Origin: a virus
Taxonomy: Duplodnaviria; Caudoviricetes
Strand: one strand, 5' to 3'
DNA length: 64,000 nt
IMG/VR virus record: IMGVR_UViG_2772190746_000001
Coordinates: 2,256 to 66,255 of that record
Part shown: in pieces, positions 1 through 10,133 of the stretch
Position numbering within the stretch: the stretch's first letter is position 1
Layout: each line of letters opens with the position of its first letter
Notes under the pieces: model-generated
What the model saw: the letters and a program-made list of their open reading frames with translations, nothing else
Databases searched by the model: none
What the model was told of the DNA's origin: nothing
Made by a program: the position numbers and the translations under genes

Positions 1-19
1 TCAGCCGCTTCGCGAGGCG

Positions 20-196
20 TCATTTCTTCTCAGGCTCTGAATAAGTTTGGATCGAATCCTTATCCACGTGCTTCATTTCCATTTTTGAACCGGCGAACCA
101 TACAACGCGAATGGTGGTGCTGCCTGTCACCGCATCAACGGTCATCTTCGGCCCGCCCGATTTCAATTGAACTACATCACCCTTCTTAAAAGCCAT
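20..196 (-). CDS. DUF2158/YodC-like small protein
   Basis: MAFKKGDVVQLKSGGPKMTV...VVWF signature; AGGGAG SD upstream of ATG at 196. Confidence 0.8.
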   Translation of the reverse strand: MAFKKGDVVQLKSGGPKMTVDAVTGSTTIRVVWFAGSKMEMKHVDKDSIQTYSEPEKK

Positions 197-406
197 AGTG
201 CTTACTCCCTGATGTCCACTTAGCATGGCGATTATCGGATGGTCCGCAATGGGGGGCACTGAATATGTGTCCCATTTTTACACATGATGCTGCGACGCCG
301 CAATCCGGAGGCAAGACGTAATCAGACGCAACCGAAGCTCACCAGACACCTTATGATTGACCAATCAACTATAACGTGACATGCAAACTCCGAACAGGAG
401 GTTGTA

Positions 407-592
407 GTGGTCCACGTTGGTTGCACCGGAAAAGCGCAGTATCTGACGTGGGATGAGGCTGATCGCATGCTGAAGCACAGCCGTCACCGTCGTGCTCGGG
501 ATAAGCGCGAGGGCCGCATGATCGTGTATCGCTGTCGCCTCTGTCACCACTGGCATGTCGGCAACAACACGTTCCACCGGACGGCTCGCTAA
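407..592 (+). CDS. small phage protein with CxxC-HWH zinc-binding motif
   Basis: GGAGG SD before GTG; YRCRLCHHWHVG motif. Confidence 0.6.
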   Translation: MVHVGCTGKAQYLTWDEADRMLKHSRHRRARDKREGRMIVYRCRLCHHWHVGNNTFHRTAR

Positions 593-1337
593 CACCGTGG
601 ACGAATTCGAAAGCCTCGTCGCCGAGCCGCGCCGAAAGCGCGGTCGCCCATCCAATGCGGAACTGGCTGCTCGCCGTGAATCTGCGACCAGTGAACTGAA
701 CCATCAAGCAGAACTGCGGAAAGCGGCCCAAGGTCACCAGTCGCTGGGACTCGATCAGTTCGGCGACCCGGTGCCGCAAAACTTCCTCGCGCGCCTGATG
801 CGGATGGACCCCCAGACCGTCAACCAGCGCCTGGCGAAGTGTCGGCCGGCTGCGATCGTCGGCACCCGCAAGGTCTACTACTTCCACGAGGCGATTCATT
901 ATCTCGTGAAGCCGAAGATGACGGCCGAGGAATTTGCCCGGACGCTCAACAAGGCAGACCTGCCGCCGGAGATCAATAAGTCCTTCTGGGACAGCCAGCG
1001 CAGCCGCGTGAAGTACAAGATCGAAGCCCAGGAAGCCTGGGAAACGGAAGACGTGATGCAGGCACTGGGGGAGGTCTCGATGATCTTCAACGACAGCCTC
1101 GTCTCCGTGGTCGAGGAGATGCGTGACCGCGCGAAACTGACCGACGAGCAGACGGAAATCCTGTCAGCCGCGATCGACGAGTTTCGCAGCGAAGTTCGGG
1201 AAAAGCTGATCGATCTTCCCAAGCAGAAGTTCACTGGGTCGATGTTCGCCAAGCCGATGTTCGGCATCGCCGAGCAGCCTGACGGCGACCCGGACATTCC
1301 GGCGTGGGATGAGGACGACGGGGATTTCGATGACTGA
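555..1337 (+). CDS. terS: terminase small subunit (DUF1441-like)
   Basis: Position upstream of terL; AT-hook-like RRKRGRPS; helical C-terminal half; acidic tail. Confidence 0.7.
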   Translation: MSATTRSTGRLANTVDEFESLVAEPRRKRGRPSNAELAARRESATSELNHQAELRKAAQGHQSLGLDQFGDPVPQNFLARLMRMDPQTVNQRLAKCRPAAIVGTRKVYYFHEAIHYLVKPKMTAEEFARTLNKADLPPEINKSFWDSQRSRVKYKIEAQEAWETEDVMQALGEVSMIFNDSLVSVVEEMRDRAKLTDEQTEILSAAIDEFRSEVREKLIDLPKQKFTGSMFAKPMFGIAEQPDGDPDIPAWDEDDGDFDD

Positions 1338-1557
1338 AGCCACCGTTCAAGTCGCACCTTTTGGCTTCGTCGAGTACGCAGTCCAGATTGGTGAGGCACC
1401 GGCGTATATCCCGGCGGACCACTACCTCGCACTTGCCGGACAGCAAATCGTCGCCGCTGGTCCGTGGCCACCGACGATTGATCTCGCGAGATTCAAGCTC
1501 ACGAGACTTTACGTGCCAGCTGCGTTCTACGCGGAAATTCGGCAGAGTTTCGCATGA
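1330..1557 (+). CDS. hypothetical protein between terS and terL
   Basis: Overlaps terS end and terL start (ATGA), 75 aa. Confidence 0.5.
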   Translation: MTEATVQVAPFGFVEYAVQIGEAPAYIPADHYLALAGQQIVAAGPWPPTIDLARFKLTRLYVPAAFYAEIRQSFA

Positions 1558-3749
1558 GCGCGCCCGCCCGCCGGATGCTCGTCAAGGACCGGCCCGCCAG
1601 TTACCGGTCGCTCGAAGAACTGATCGCCGCCGCCACTGAAGCGGTCGCGCCGCCGGAGCGCATCACCGTTACCGAGGCGGCGAAAAAGTACGTCCGGATC
1701 AAGGAGAAGAATTACTCCGGCCTCTGGTCCGAGGACAAAACGCCGTATCTCGTCGAGCCGCAGAACGTGCTCACCAGCCTGGCCTACCAGGGGATGGTAT
1801 TTGTCGGCCCGGCGCGTACCGGCAAGTCGCAGATGTGGCTGAACTGGATGTCGCATTCGGCGATCTGCGACCCGGCAGACATGATGCTGGTCCAGATGTC
1901 GCAGGGCCGTGCGCGCGAGTTCTCCCAGTCGGATTTGCGCAAGCACTTCCGCAATTCTGCCGATGTCCGAGCAAAGCTGGTGCCCGGTCGTGTCAACGAC
2001 AACGTCTTCGACAAGACCTTCATCTCCGGCATGCGCGTCACGATCGTCCATCCGTCGATCAACGAATTCTCCGGTAAGACGGTCGGTCGCAACTGGGCGA
2101 TGGACTACGACCGCCTGCCGCTCAGCATCGACGGCGAAGGCGACGCCTGGACGCTGCTGTCGAAACGCGGCGAGACGCTGGGCCGATACGCCATGACCGT
2201 GGTGGAGTCGTCACCGGGCTTCGACGTCAACGATGCCCGGTGGATTCCTAGTTCGCCGCACGAGGCACCGCCGTGCGAAGGTATCCTGTCCCTGTACAAC
2301 ATGGGCGACCGCCGCCGCCGCTACTGGTCGTGCCCTCATTGCGGACAGAAGTTCGAGCCGGACTTCAAGTTGTTCGATTACCCGGCGTCCGCAGATCCGC
2401 ATGACGCTGCTGAGCAGGTGGTCATGGTATGCCCGGGCAACGGATGCCGCCTTGTCCCCGATCTCAAGCACGACCTCGAGCACGACGGCCGCTGGCTTCG
2501 GGAAGGGGAGATCTGGCTCGAGGACGGCTCAGTGGTCGGGCAGCCGCGCCGGTCGGACATTGCGTCGTTCTGGCTGAAAGGCCCCTCGGCGGCATTCAAC
2601 ACGTGGCAGAAGCTGGTGCTGAACTACCTCAACGCCAAGTCCGATTTCGAGCGAACCGGCAGCGAAGAGAAATTGCGCGCCGTGACCAACACCTCGTTCG
2701 GCCTGCCTTATACGCCCAAGTCGATTGAGGCTGGGCGCCTGCCGGACGAACTGAAAAAACGCGCCCGGGCCTACAACTACCGCGGCGAGGTGCCGGAAGG
2801 TGTTCGGTTCCTAGTCACCACGGTCGACGTCCAGAAGGACAGTTTTGTCGTCCACACGTTCGGGATCGCTCCGGTCACAATGGTAGGCGGCGCCCAGTCC
2901 ATGGACGTCTACCACGTCGACATGTGGAAGATCACCAAGTCGCGCCGCATCGATGCTGACGGTCACCCGCTGAAACTGGACCCGGCGTCGTTCAAGGAAG
3001 ACTGGCACGTTCTCATCGACCAGGTCATTGAGCGTGAATACCCGCTCGGCGACGGGTCGGGGCGTTTCATGAAGGCGAAGCTGGTGGCCTGCGACTCTGG
3101 CGGCGCGGCATCCGCAGCAGCTGTTCGGCTGAACAAGGCGCTCGACGGCCCGGTGGTTTCCGTGACGTCCAACGCTTACGATTTCTGGCGCTACCTCCGT
3201 CTGCATGATCCAGAGCAGCGGAACTACCACATGAAGTTCCATCTGCTGAAGGGTGAGCCCAGTCGGCAGGACAACATGATCCGCGTCGATTACCCCGATT
3301 CGCAGCAGAAGGACAAATGGGCGATCGCTCGCGGCGACGTGCCGGTCTGGAAGATCAATTCCAACGTCGCCAAGGACCAAGTCTCGAACATGCTCGGGCG
3401 CACTGAGCCGGGCGGCCAGTTTCACTTCCCGGAATGGTTCGACGTCGAGACCGGTGAACTGGAAAACATCGACTGGCTCTACACGCAGCTGACGGCTGAA
3501 ATCCGACTGCAGTCCGGCTGGGAGAACCGCAGCCGCCGCCGCAATGAAGCATTCGACTTGGCTGCGTACTGCGTCGCATTCCTGCGGATGAAAGACATCA
3601 AGATTGATCGTCTCGACTGGTCGCAGCCGCCGTCGTGGGCGGCCGAGTGGGACGTCAACGATCATGTGTTCGATGCGCAGGGTGCCCGGGGCACCAAGCC
3701 TGCTTCGGAGAGCACTTCGCTTGAGCAGCTGGGTAGCTTGCTGGGTTGA
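1554..3749 (+). CDS. terL: terminase large subunit, lambda GpA family
   Basis: Walker A GPARTGKS, MDYDR Walker B, ESSPG motif, CPHCG zinc site, TVDVQ nuclease motif. Confidence 0.95.
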   Translation: MSAPARRMLVKDRPASYRSLEELIAAATEAVAPPERITVTEAAKKYVRIKEKNYSGLWSEDKTPYLVEPQNVLTSLAYQGMVFVGPARTGKSQMWLNWMSHSAICDPADMMLVQMSQGRAREFSQSDLRKHFRNSADVRAKLVPGRVNDNVFDKTFISGMRVTIVHPSINEFSGKTVGRNWAMDYDRLPLSIDGEGDAWTLLSKRGETLGRYAMTVVESSPGFDVNDARWIPSSPHEAPPCEGILSLYNMGDRRRRYWSCPHCGQKFEPDFKLFDYPASADPHDAAEQVVMVCPGNGCRLVPDLKHDLEHDGRWLREGEIWLEDGSVVGQPRRSDIASFWLKGPSAAFNTWQKLVLNYLNAKSDFERTGSEEKLRAVTNTSFGLPYTPKSIEAGRLPDELKKRARAYNYRGEVPEGVRFLVTTVDVQKDSFVVHTFGIAPVTMVGGAQSMDVYHVDMWKITKSRRIDADGHPLKLDPASFKEDWHVLIDQVIEREYPLGDGSGRFMKAKLVACDSGGAASAAAVRLNKALDGPVVSVTSNAYDFWRYLRLHDPEQRNYHMKFHLLKGEPSRQDNMIRVDYPDSQQKDKWAIARGDVPVWKINSNVAKDQVSNMLGRTEPGGQFHFPEWFDVETGELENIDWLYTQLTAEIRLQSGWENRSRRRNEAFDLAAYCVAFLRMKDIKIDRLDWSQPPSWAAEWDVNDHVFDAQGARGTKPASESTSLEQLGSLLG

Positions 3750-3798
3750 TTGACACCATAACATTGTCGCATCAACTAGTGCGTGATAATTCGCGTTC

Positions 3799-4026
3799 AT
3801 GCCGACGCTTGCTGAACGACTTGTAGAAGCTGAGACCGCTTATCACTCGTTGATGACCGGCACGCTCGCCCGCGTCTACGTTGATCAGAACGGCGAGCGT
3901 GTCGAATACGTCGCAGCGAACGCGAGCAAGCTGCAGGGTTACATTCGTGACCTGAAGCAGCAGATCGCTGACCAGGCGACCGGTTGTCAGACCTACAATG
4001 GCCCCCTCAGGCCGTTCTTCCTGTGA
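3799..4026 (+). CDS. head-tail joining protein, gpW-like
   Basis: 75 aa between terL and portal; AYHSLMTG...VEY..AN...L..YI pattern. Confidence 0.85.
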   Translation: MPTLAERLVEAETAYHSLMTGTLARVYVDQNGERVEYVAANASKLQGYIRDLKQQIADQATGCQTYNGPLRPFFL

Positions 4027-5738
4027 GCGACGAGTTCACCGATCTGCTGGCCCGAGAGGTCGCAGCGCCGCCTGCCAAGGCTCTGGTCCCTGCCGTGGCA
4101 GGCGGCGAAGTGGCTCTCGGTGCCTTCGAAGGCGCTGACCGCTTCAACAGCACCATCGCGCTGTGGGACTCGCCGCTGAAGTCGGCTGACCTGGAAATCT
4201 TGCCCGAGAAGACGACGGTTGATGGTCGCGCCCGTGACATGCTGCGCAATGACGCATTCGTCCAAGGCGGTGCCAATCTCCACAAGGACAACATCGTCGG
4301 CAGTCACTACCTGCTGAACTGCCGCCCGGCGACCCGGGTGCTGCTCGGCAAGGACGACGACCTCTGGGAAGAAGAGTTCCAGGAAGAAGTCGAGGCCAAG
4401 TGGGAACTCTACTCGGACTCTCCTGAGAACTGGATCGACGCCGCCCGGACGAATAATTTCACGTCGCTGGTCCGCATGGCAGTCGGCATCCATCTGATGG
4501 GCGGCGAAGTGCTAGCCGCTGCCGAATGGACCACGGACGACGGCTCGCCTTACAGCACCGCGATCCAGATGGTCGACCTCGACCGCCTGTCCGATCCGAA
4601 GGACATGACTGGCTGGCGCTGGATTCAGTCGCCCGACCAGCGCGCCGGTGTGCGGTACAATCGCCGCGGTGCGCCGGTGTCGTACTTCGTCCGATCGGCC
4701 CATCCGAACGATTACGGACCGGTCGATTTCGCGCCTCCCAAATGGGACGAGATCGACCGCACCAAGCCGTGGGGCCGCCTGCAGATGATCCACCTGTTCG
4801 AGCAGGTGCGTCCGGAGCAGACACGCGGCATCACCGAGATGGCTGCAGCCCTCAAGGCGATGAAGATCACGCACACGTGGCGCGACATCACCGTGCAGCA
4901 CGCCGTCACCCAGGCGATGTATGCTGCGGCGATCACGTCCGAACTGCCAACTGCCGACATCCTCCAACGCATGGGCGGCGATTCCCCGGAAGCCGCGCAG
5001 GCAGCCATTGCGGCGTATGCGCAGGGCTACATGGGTGCCGTGGGGCAGTACGTCGGGAAGGGCGGTATCGCCATCGACGGCGTCAAGGTGCCGCGCCTGT
5101 TCCCCGGCGAGAAGTTCGAACTGAAGTCGGCAGCCGGTAACGGTCCGCTGGGCAGCCAGTTTGAGCAGTCTCTGCTGCGCTACATGGCTGCAGCAATCGG
5201 CGTGTCCTACGAGCAGCTGAGCCGCGACTACACCAACACGAACTACTCGTCTGCCCGCGCCTCCATGGCCGAGACCTGGAAGTTCATGCAGGCGCGCAAG
5301 AAGCTGATCGCCGATCGCTTCGCCACGATCATCTTCCGCCTCTGGCTGGAGGAAGCGATCAACGCAGGCGACATCGAGTCCGCCAAGCGCTTCCGGATCT
5401 ACAATCCCCCGCGCCCGGGCCAGCGCTACGGCCGTCTGAACAGCAACTTCGACGCACTGTCGCGGTGTGACTGGGTTGGCGCATCGCGCGGCCAGATCGA
5501 CGAACTCAAGGAAACGCAGGCCGCGGTGCTCCGCATCAACAATGGCCTGTCGACCGCCGAGGACGAACTGGCCCGTCTCGGGAAGGACTGGCGCAAGGTT
5601 TACCGCCAACTCAAGCGCGAAATGGCGCTGCGCGAGGCGCTGGGGCTCCAGTTCATGGCGACCGATCCCGCGACGATGGCTGCGATGAACGCGCTGTCGG
5701 CGACGCCCAGCGACGAAGGAGACAGCCCCCGTGGATAA
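4023..5738 (+). CDS. portal protein, lambda family
   Basis: RARDMLRND, YEQLSRDY..NYSSARASM, IDELKE motifs; GTGA overlap with gpW. Confidence 0.95.
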   Translation: MSDEFTDLLAREVAAPPAKALVPAVAGGEVALGAFEGADRFNSTIALWDSPLKSADLEILPEKTTVDGRARDMLRNDAFVQGGANLHKDNIVGSHYLLNCRPATRVLLGKDDDLWEEEFQEEVEAKWELYSDSPENWIDAARTNNFTSLVRMAVGIHLMGGEVLAAAEWTTDDGSPYSTAIQMVDLDRLSDPKDMTGWRWIQSPDQRAGVRYNRRGAPVSYFVRSAHPNDYGPVDFAPPKWDEIDRTKPWGRLQMIHLFEQVRPEQTRGITEMAAALKAMKITHTWRDITVQHAVTQAMYAAAITSELPTADILQRMGGDSPEAAQAAIAAYAQGYMGAVGQYVGKGGIAIDGVKVPRLFPGEKFELKSAAGNGPLGSQFEQSLLRYMAAAIGVSYEQLSRDYTNTNYSSARASMAETWKFMQARKKLIADRFATIIFRLWLEEAINAGDIESAKRFRIYNPPRPGQRYGRLNSNFDALSRCDWVGASRGQIDELKETQAAVLRINNGLSTAEDELARLGKDWRKVYRQLKREMALREALGLQFMATDPATMAAMNALSATPSDEGDSPRG

Positions 5739-5832
5739 GCAGGTTGAAGGCTGGGGTGGCACCAAGCTGCCCACCAAGGATGACATCGAAGGTTGGGGTG
5801 GCGACATCTCGGCAGAAGGGTTCGGCGGATGA
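5731..5832 (+). CDS. 33-aa mini-ORF with three EG(W/F)GG repeats
   Basis: GAAGGAGA SD, GTG start, TGA overlapping protease ATG; MDKQVEGWGGTKLPTKDDIEGWGGDISAEGFGG. Confidence 0.6.
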   Translation: MDKQVEGWGGTKLPTKDDIEGWGGDISAEGFGG

Positions 5833-7133
5833 GTAACCCGCTGCTCGCCCAGTTCGCCGATCAGCCGGTGATGATCGCGCCCGACATGCTCGGGCAGGTC
5901 AAGGCGCACCTGGCTGCCGGTATGGCACACCCCGATTTCCAGAAGCTGATGGGCGAACCCATGGCTGCCGCCGATGACGGCTTCTGGCCCGAAACCGGTT
6001 CGTGGATGGCGCACTATCGCCCGTACTCCGTCGTCAACGGGATTCTCCAAATCCCCGTGCGCGGAATCATGCTCAACGAGTTCCCGTTCGCGACTAGCTG
6101 GGCGACTGGCTACGAGTACATCTGGCGTGCGTTCGAGCGTGGCCTGGCAGACGGCACCGTTCGCGGCATTGCGCTGATGATCAACTCGCCCGGTGGCCTC
6201 GTTTCGGGCAACCAGACTCTCGTTGACAAGATGTATGCGCGCCGCGGCGAAAAGCCGATCCGCACCATCGTCACCGGCGGCGCCTACTCGGCGGCCTACA
6301 ACATTGCCGCCACCGGCGAAATCTGGGTCTGCCGTGAAGGCGGTGTCGGGTCGATCGGCGTAATGACCACGCACATCGACTGGTCGGCCTACAACGAGCG
6401 CGTCGGCCTCGATTACACCTTCATCTTCGCTGGCAAGCACAAGGTCGATGGCAACCCCGAAGAACCGCTGTCGGCTGACGCGAAGGCGCGCATCCAGTCG
6501 CGTATCGACGAACTCTACAAGATCTTCGTGTCCTCCGTGGCACGAGGCCGAGACATGGACGAACGCGACGTTCGGGACACCGAAGCGCTGACGTTCACCG
6601 CCTCGGAGGCAACGTCAAACGGTCTCGCCGATCACATCGGCAGCCCGGAGGACGCCATGTCCGCATTCGCGGATTCCCTGGACGAACCGTCCGACAACAA
6701 TGGAGACGAAGAGATGACCACTCCGGTCGAGACGGTCGACAAGGCCGTCCACGAACAGGCGGTTGCCGACGCTCGCGCCGCTGGCGCTGCCGAAGGTTCC
6801 GCCGCCGAGCGCACCCGCATCACCGCGATTCTGGGTTGCGAGAACGCCGCAGATCGTCCCGCTGCCGCACTGGCCGCTGCGATCGACACCGACCTTTCGG
6901 TCGAGCAGGCGAACACCTTCCTGGGCAAGCTCGGCAAGGAAACTGCCGCCGCCCCGGCACCGACCGGTCAGCAGCAGCCCGGCACCTTCGCTGACGCGAT
7001 GCAGACCGGCAACCCTGAGGTCGGCGCGAGCCCGGCCAACCCCGACACCGCGAACGACGACAGTGCCGACAGCGTGCTCGCCCTCGGCGCGGCGCTCGGT
7101 CTGCAGGGCTTCACCAAGCCCTCGGCCAAGTAA
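5829..7133 (+). CDS. S49 prohead protease with scaffold C-terminus (GpC/Nu3-like)
   Basis: INSPGG, AYSAAYNIA, GSIGV motifs; Ala-rich C-terminal scaffold. Confidence 0.93.
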   Translation: MSNPLLAQFADQPVMIAPDMLGQVKAHLAAGMAHPDFQKLMGEPMAAADDGFWPETGSWMAHYRPYSVVNGILQIPVRGIMLNEFPFATSWATGYEYIWRAFERGLADGTVRGIALMINSPGGLVSGNQTLVDKMYARRGEKPIRTIVTGGAYSAAYNIAATGEIWVCREGGVGSIGVMTTHIDWSAYNERVGLDYTFIFAGKHKVDGNPEEPLSADAKARIQSRIDELYKIFVSSVARGRDMDERDVRDTEALTFTASEATSNGLADHIGSPEDAMSAFADSLDEPSDNNGDEEMTTPVETVDKAVHEQAVADARAAGAAEGSAAERTRITAILGCENAADRPAAALAAAIDTDLSVEQANTFLGKLGKETAAAPAPTGQQQPGTFADAMQTGNPEVGASPANPDTANDDSADSVLALGAALGLQGFTKPSAK

Positions 7134-7145
7134 GGAGAACGACCC

Positions 7146-7628
7146 ATGGCTTCCTCCACCATCAACACCTCGTACCAGAACGCGGGTGTCCGCGGCGTCC
7201 CCGACTTCCAGGTCATGGACACCTACATCGACAGCAATCTCGTTGCGGGCGCCGAACCGGCGATCCAGCAGCCCAAGCGCATCCTGCTCGGCGACTCGCT
7301 CAATCTGGCGCAGTTCACCGTGGTCGGTATCAGCGGCGGCAAGCTGGTTCCGGCAACCTGGAACGCCACTGTCGCCAACGGCGTCAAGCCGATCGGCGTC
7401 CTCGTCTATGCGGCGGTCTCGGGCGCGAACAACACCACCATCTACGGTGAAGTGTTCCTGACCGGCTGCTTCAACGTCGGCGAGAACGACGCCGGCGCCG
7501 ACAGCCCGCTCGTCTGGGATGCGTCGTTCGACACCCTCGCCAAGAAGACCCAGTGGGCCGGCCTGCCGCACTTCAACGGCAACCCGAACCTCCTGTTCCG
7601 CAGCCGCCTGCAGCGCGACGCCTCGTAA
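7146..7628 (+). CDS. head decoration protein (gpD-like)
   Basis: Position between protease and capsid; PIGVL...GCFN..LVW pattern. Confidence 0.85.
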   Translation: MASSTINTSYQNAGVRGVPDFQVMDTYIDSNLVAGAEPAIQQPKRILLGDSLNLAQFTVVGISGGKLVPATWNATVANGVKPIGVLVYAAVSGANNTTIYGEVFLTGCFNVGENDAGADSPLVWDASFDTLAKKTQWAGLPHFNGNPNLLFRSRLQRDAS

Positions 7629-7663
7629 TCGGCGACCGGCTCCACTAGAAGGAATTCTGAAAG

Positions 7664-8779
7664 ATGACCATCTACTCTCCCGCTCCCAACGCGCCGTATC
7701 AGCCGTGGAGCACTCACAAGCTGCTGGGCGTGTTCCGCGACATGCGCCCGGAGACCTGGTATTTCGGCCAGTTCTTCACCGGCGGCCAGATGCGCTCCAC
7801 CGATGAGTGGATCGACTTCGAGAAGCTGCCGATCCGCAGCCGGTCGCTCGCGCCCTTCGTGCGCCCGATGGGTCGCGGCAAGGGTGCCCTGAAGGACCGC
7901 GTGCAGGGTTTCCGCTTCAAGCCGGCGAACATCGTCGCCGAAGACGCGGTCGATCCGTTCCGCCCGCTGTCGTTCGCCCCCGGCATCGACGTGTCCGCGC
8001 TGCACATGAACCTCAACAACATCTCGCCGATGCAGCGCAAGGAGCTGATCAAGGCGCAGATGGTGCAGGAGTTCCAGCAGCAGGTCATGCGTACCTGGGA
8101 ATGGATGAAGGCCCGCGCCATCATCGACGGCAAGGTCACCTGCAACTACCTGGATGGCACCTCGGTCGAAGTCGATTTCCAGCGCGACACCGATCACACC
8201 GAAGTCCTCACCTCCGGCAACTACTGGGGTGACTCCGGCGTGTCGCTGCTGGATCACGTCCAGCGGATCAACGACACCATGGTCAACGCCGAGTTCGGCG
8301 GCGCCCTCCAGCGCATCACCATGGGCGGCTCGGTGGCGTCGATCGTGCGCCAGGACAACGAGATCCTGGATCACATGGACCTCAACGTGAAGGGTGGTGT
8401 CCACGTGATCGACCGTTCGATCGCGTCGGCCGACAAGGTCTATAAGTTCGGCGAGCTGTTCATCGGCGGCGCGTCGGGCCAGACCGTCGAACTGTGGGTG
8501 AACAACGAGGAGTACACGGACGCCGCTGGCAACCGTGCACGCTACCTCGGCGACAACGAGATCGTCGCCACCGGTTCGCCCACCTCGATCAACGGCTGGG
8601 AATGCTTCGGCATGATTGTCGACGAGGACGCGCAGTACCAGGCGCTGCCGCTGTTCCCGAAGGACTTCAAGACCGGTGAGCGCACCAAGGTCGAGAACAT
8701 CTCGGTGGAATCGGCACCGCTGTTCGTGCCGATCAACCCGAACGCCACCTACAAGGCGACCGTGAAGGCTCCGGCCTAA
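7664..8779 (+). CDS. major capsid protein, lambda E family
   Basis: 371 aa; LAPFVRPM..G, FKPA, VDF.RD, ESAPL motifs. Confidence 0.93.
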   Translation: MTIYSPAPNAPYQPWSTHKLLGVFRDMRPETWYFGQFFTGGQMRSTDEWIDFEKLPIRSRSLAPFVRPMGRGKGALKDRVQGFRFKPANIVAEDAVDPFRPLSFAPGIDVSALHMNLNNISPMQRKELIKAQMVQEFQQQVMRTWEWMKARAIIDGKVTCNYLDGTSVEVDFQRDTDHTEVLTSGNYWGDSGVSLLDHVQRINDTMVNAEFGGALQRITMGGSVASIVRQDNEILDHMDLNVKGGVHVIDRSIASADKVYKFGELFIGGASGQTVELWVNNEEYTDAAGNRARYLGDNEIVATGSPTSINGWECFGMIVDEDAQYQALPLFPKDFKTGERTKVENISVESAPLFVPINPNATYKATVKAPA

Positions 8780-8791
8780 ACTTCAACCCGG

Positions 8792-8818
8792 AACGGCAGG
8801 TGAGTTGCGCCTGCCGTT
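8792..8818 (+). terminator. hairpin after major capsid gene
   Basis: AACGGCAGG-N9-CCTGCCGTT inverted repeat. Confidence 0.55.
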
Positions 8819-8837
8819 TCAACTTAAAGGTGCTTTT

Positions 8838-9143
8838 ATGGGAACTTCCCGAAGCAATACTGGTGCTCGCAAGGCCGTCGAGAAGGTCTCGCCGAGCCAG
8901 CTCGAACGTCCCGAAATCGAAGCCGAAGACGACATCGATCCCGTGTTCGCTCTGTTCAAGGTCACCTACGGCGACGGCAGGACTGCCCCGTCGAAGTCGA
9001 TCTTCACTCCCTTCTCGGAGACCGAACGAAATGAGCTGCTGGATCTCAAGGCCGTCCGCGAACTCACCGCCGACGAAGCGAAGCTGTTCACCCCCACCGC
9101 CGCTGCCTCGACGGCTCCGGCCGGTTCCGACGTGATCGAGTAA
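8838..9143 (+). CDS. hypothetical protein (head-tail region)
   Basis: ORF in structural operon after capsid. Confidence 0.65.
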   Translation: MGTSRSNTGARKAVEKVSPSQLERPEIEAEDDIDPVFALFKVTYGDGRTAPSKSIFTPFSETERNELLDLKAVRELTADEAKLFTPTAAASTAPAGSDVIE

Positions 9144-9150
9144 CACGGCA

Positions 9151-9516
9151 ATGGGCGGCATCCGCGACATCAAGCGTGCTGCCCGGCAGCGCCTGCACAC
9201 TGCTTTGGCGGTGCGGGCGTTCTACATTCCTGTGACGGGGGCTTCACCGGTCCCCGTCACGGTTCGCATTCATACCAAGTTCGATGCGCTCGGCGACCCG
9301 CAGATGATGCAGCGTGCCGACATCGAACCTCAGATCGTATTCCAGGCTTCCCAGCTTCCCGTGAACGGGCTGCGCAACAAAGCAGTCGTGTCGGTCGAGG
9401 CAGGTGAGGCGTACCACATTGAAGCCGCCGACCCCGTGGACGATGCCGGCTTCATCACCGCCCGGGTCACCAAGTTGCCCGTCGCGCAGACCACTGGCCT
9501 CCCGGTTCCGGCATGA
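9151..9516 (+). CDS. head-tail joining protein (gpFII-like)
   Basis: Synteny; beta-rich 121 aa. Confidence 0.7.
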   Translation: MGGIRDIKRAARQRLHTALAVRAFYIPVTGASPVPVTVRIHTKFDALGDPQMMQRADIEPQIVFQASQLPVNGLRNKAVVSVEAGEAYHIEAADPVDDAGFITARVTKLPVAQTTGLPVPA

Positions 9517-10133
9517 AGTTCGGCAACGAGATCTACGTGGTCGCGCTTGATGGCATCCCGGACACCCGTAGCATTGAGGCAATTCCGGAGCGCATTCGGC
9601 GCAACGCGGTCAGGGCCGTCAACTACGCCGCTGGTCGATCGCGCACCCGTACTGCCAAGGAGATGCGAGACCAGGTCAACTTTCCGGCGTCGTATCTGCG
9701 CGGCGATGACTCCCGGTTGGCGCTTCGCACGGCCAAGGGTTTCGGCGACGAGGCGTCGATCACCGGGCGGTTTCGTCCGACCAGTCTTGCGCGCTTCGCG
9801 ACGCGCGGGCGACCGTCGAAACCGGGTGTGACGTTCGAGGTGACTCCGGGCAAAGCGACGCGCAGCAAACGGATGTTCCTCATTCGACTACCGGCAGGTC
9901 GCTCCGGTGTGGACACCAAGTCGAACATGGGCGTCGCGATCCGCCTGAAGCCCGGTGAGACGATCGACAACAAGAAGGTCACGCTGCAGCAGATGGGCAA
10001 GACAGGGCTCTACCTGCTGTTCGGCCCTTCCGTAAACCAGGTGTTCCGCAGCGTGGCGGGCAGCGACATCCCCAACATCGAGACTGACCTGCAGCGCGAG
10101 TTCTCGCGACTGATGGGCACGGAAGGACTCTGA
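9513..10133 (+). CDS. tail completion/neck protein (gpZ-like)
   Basis: Basic protein; RAVN.AA, LFGPSV.QVF motifs. Confidence 0.75.
   Translation: MKFGNEIYVVALDGIPDTRSIEAIPERIRRNAVRAVNYAAGRSRTRTAKEMRDQVNFPASYLRGDDSRLALRTAKGFGDEASITGRFRPTSLARFATRGRPSKPGVTFEVTPGKATRSKRMFLIRLPAGRSGVDTKSNMGVAIRLKPGETIDNKKVTLQQMGKTGLYLLFGPSVNQVFRSVAGSDIPNIETDLQREFSRLMGTEGL

Noticed and set aside
357-368. FNR/FixK-like box (TTGA...TCAA)
   Set aside because: Spacing does not fit TTGAT-N4-ATCAA; better explained as a flank of the phage TCAAC-N5-CGTGA operator
4512-6440. 642-aa reverse-strand ORF, and similar long antisense ORFs (2811-3800, 7442-8404, 13881-14909, 61427-62728)
   Set aside because: Shadow ORFs opposite well-supported genes in GC-rich DNA, with no recognisable motifs
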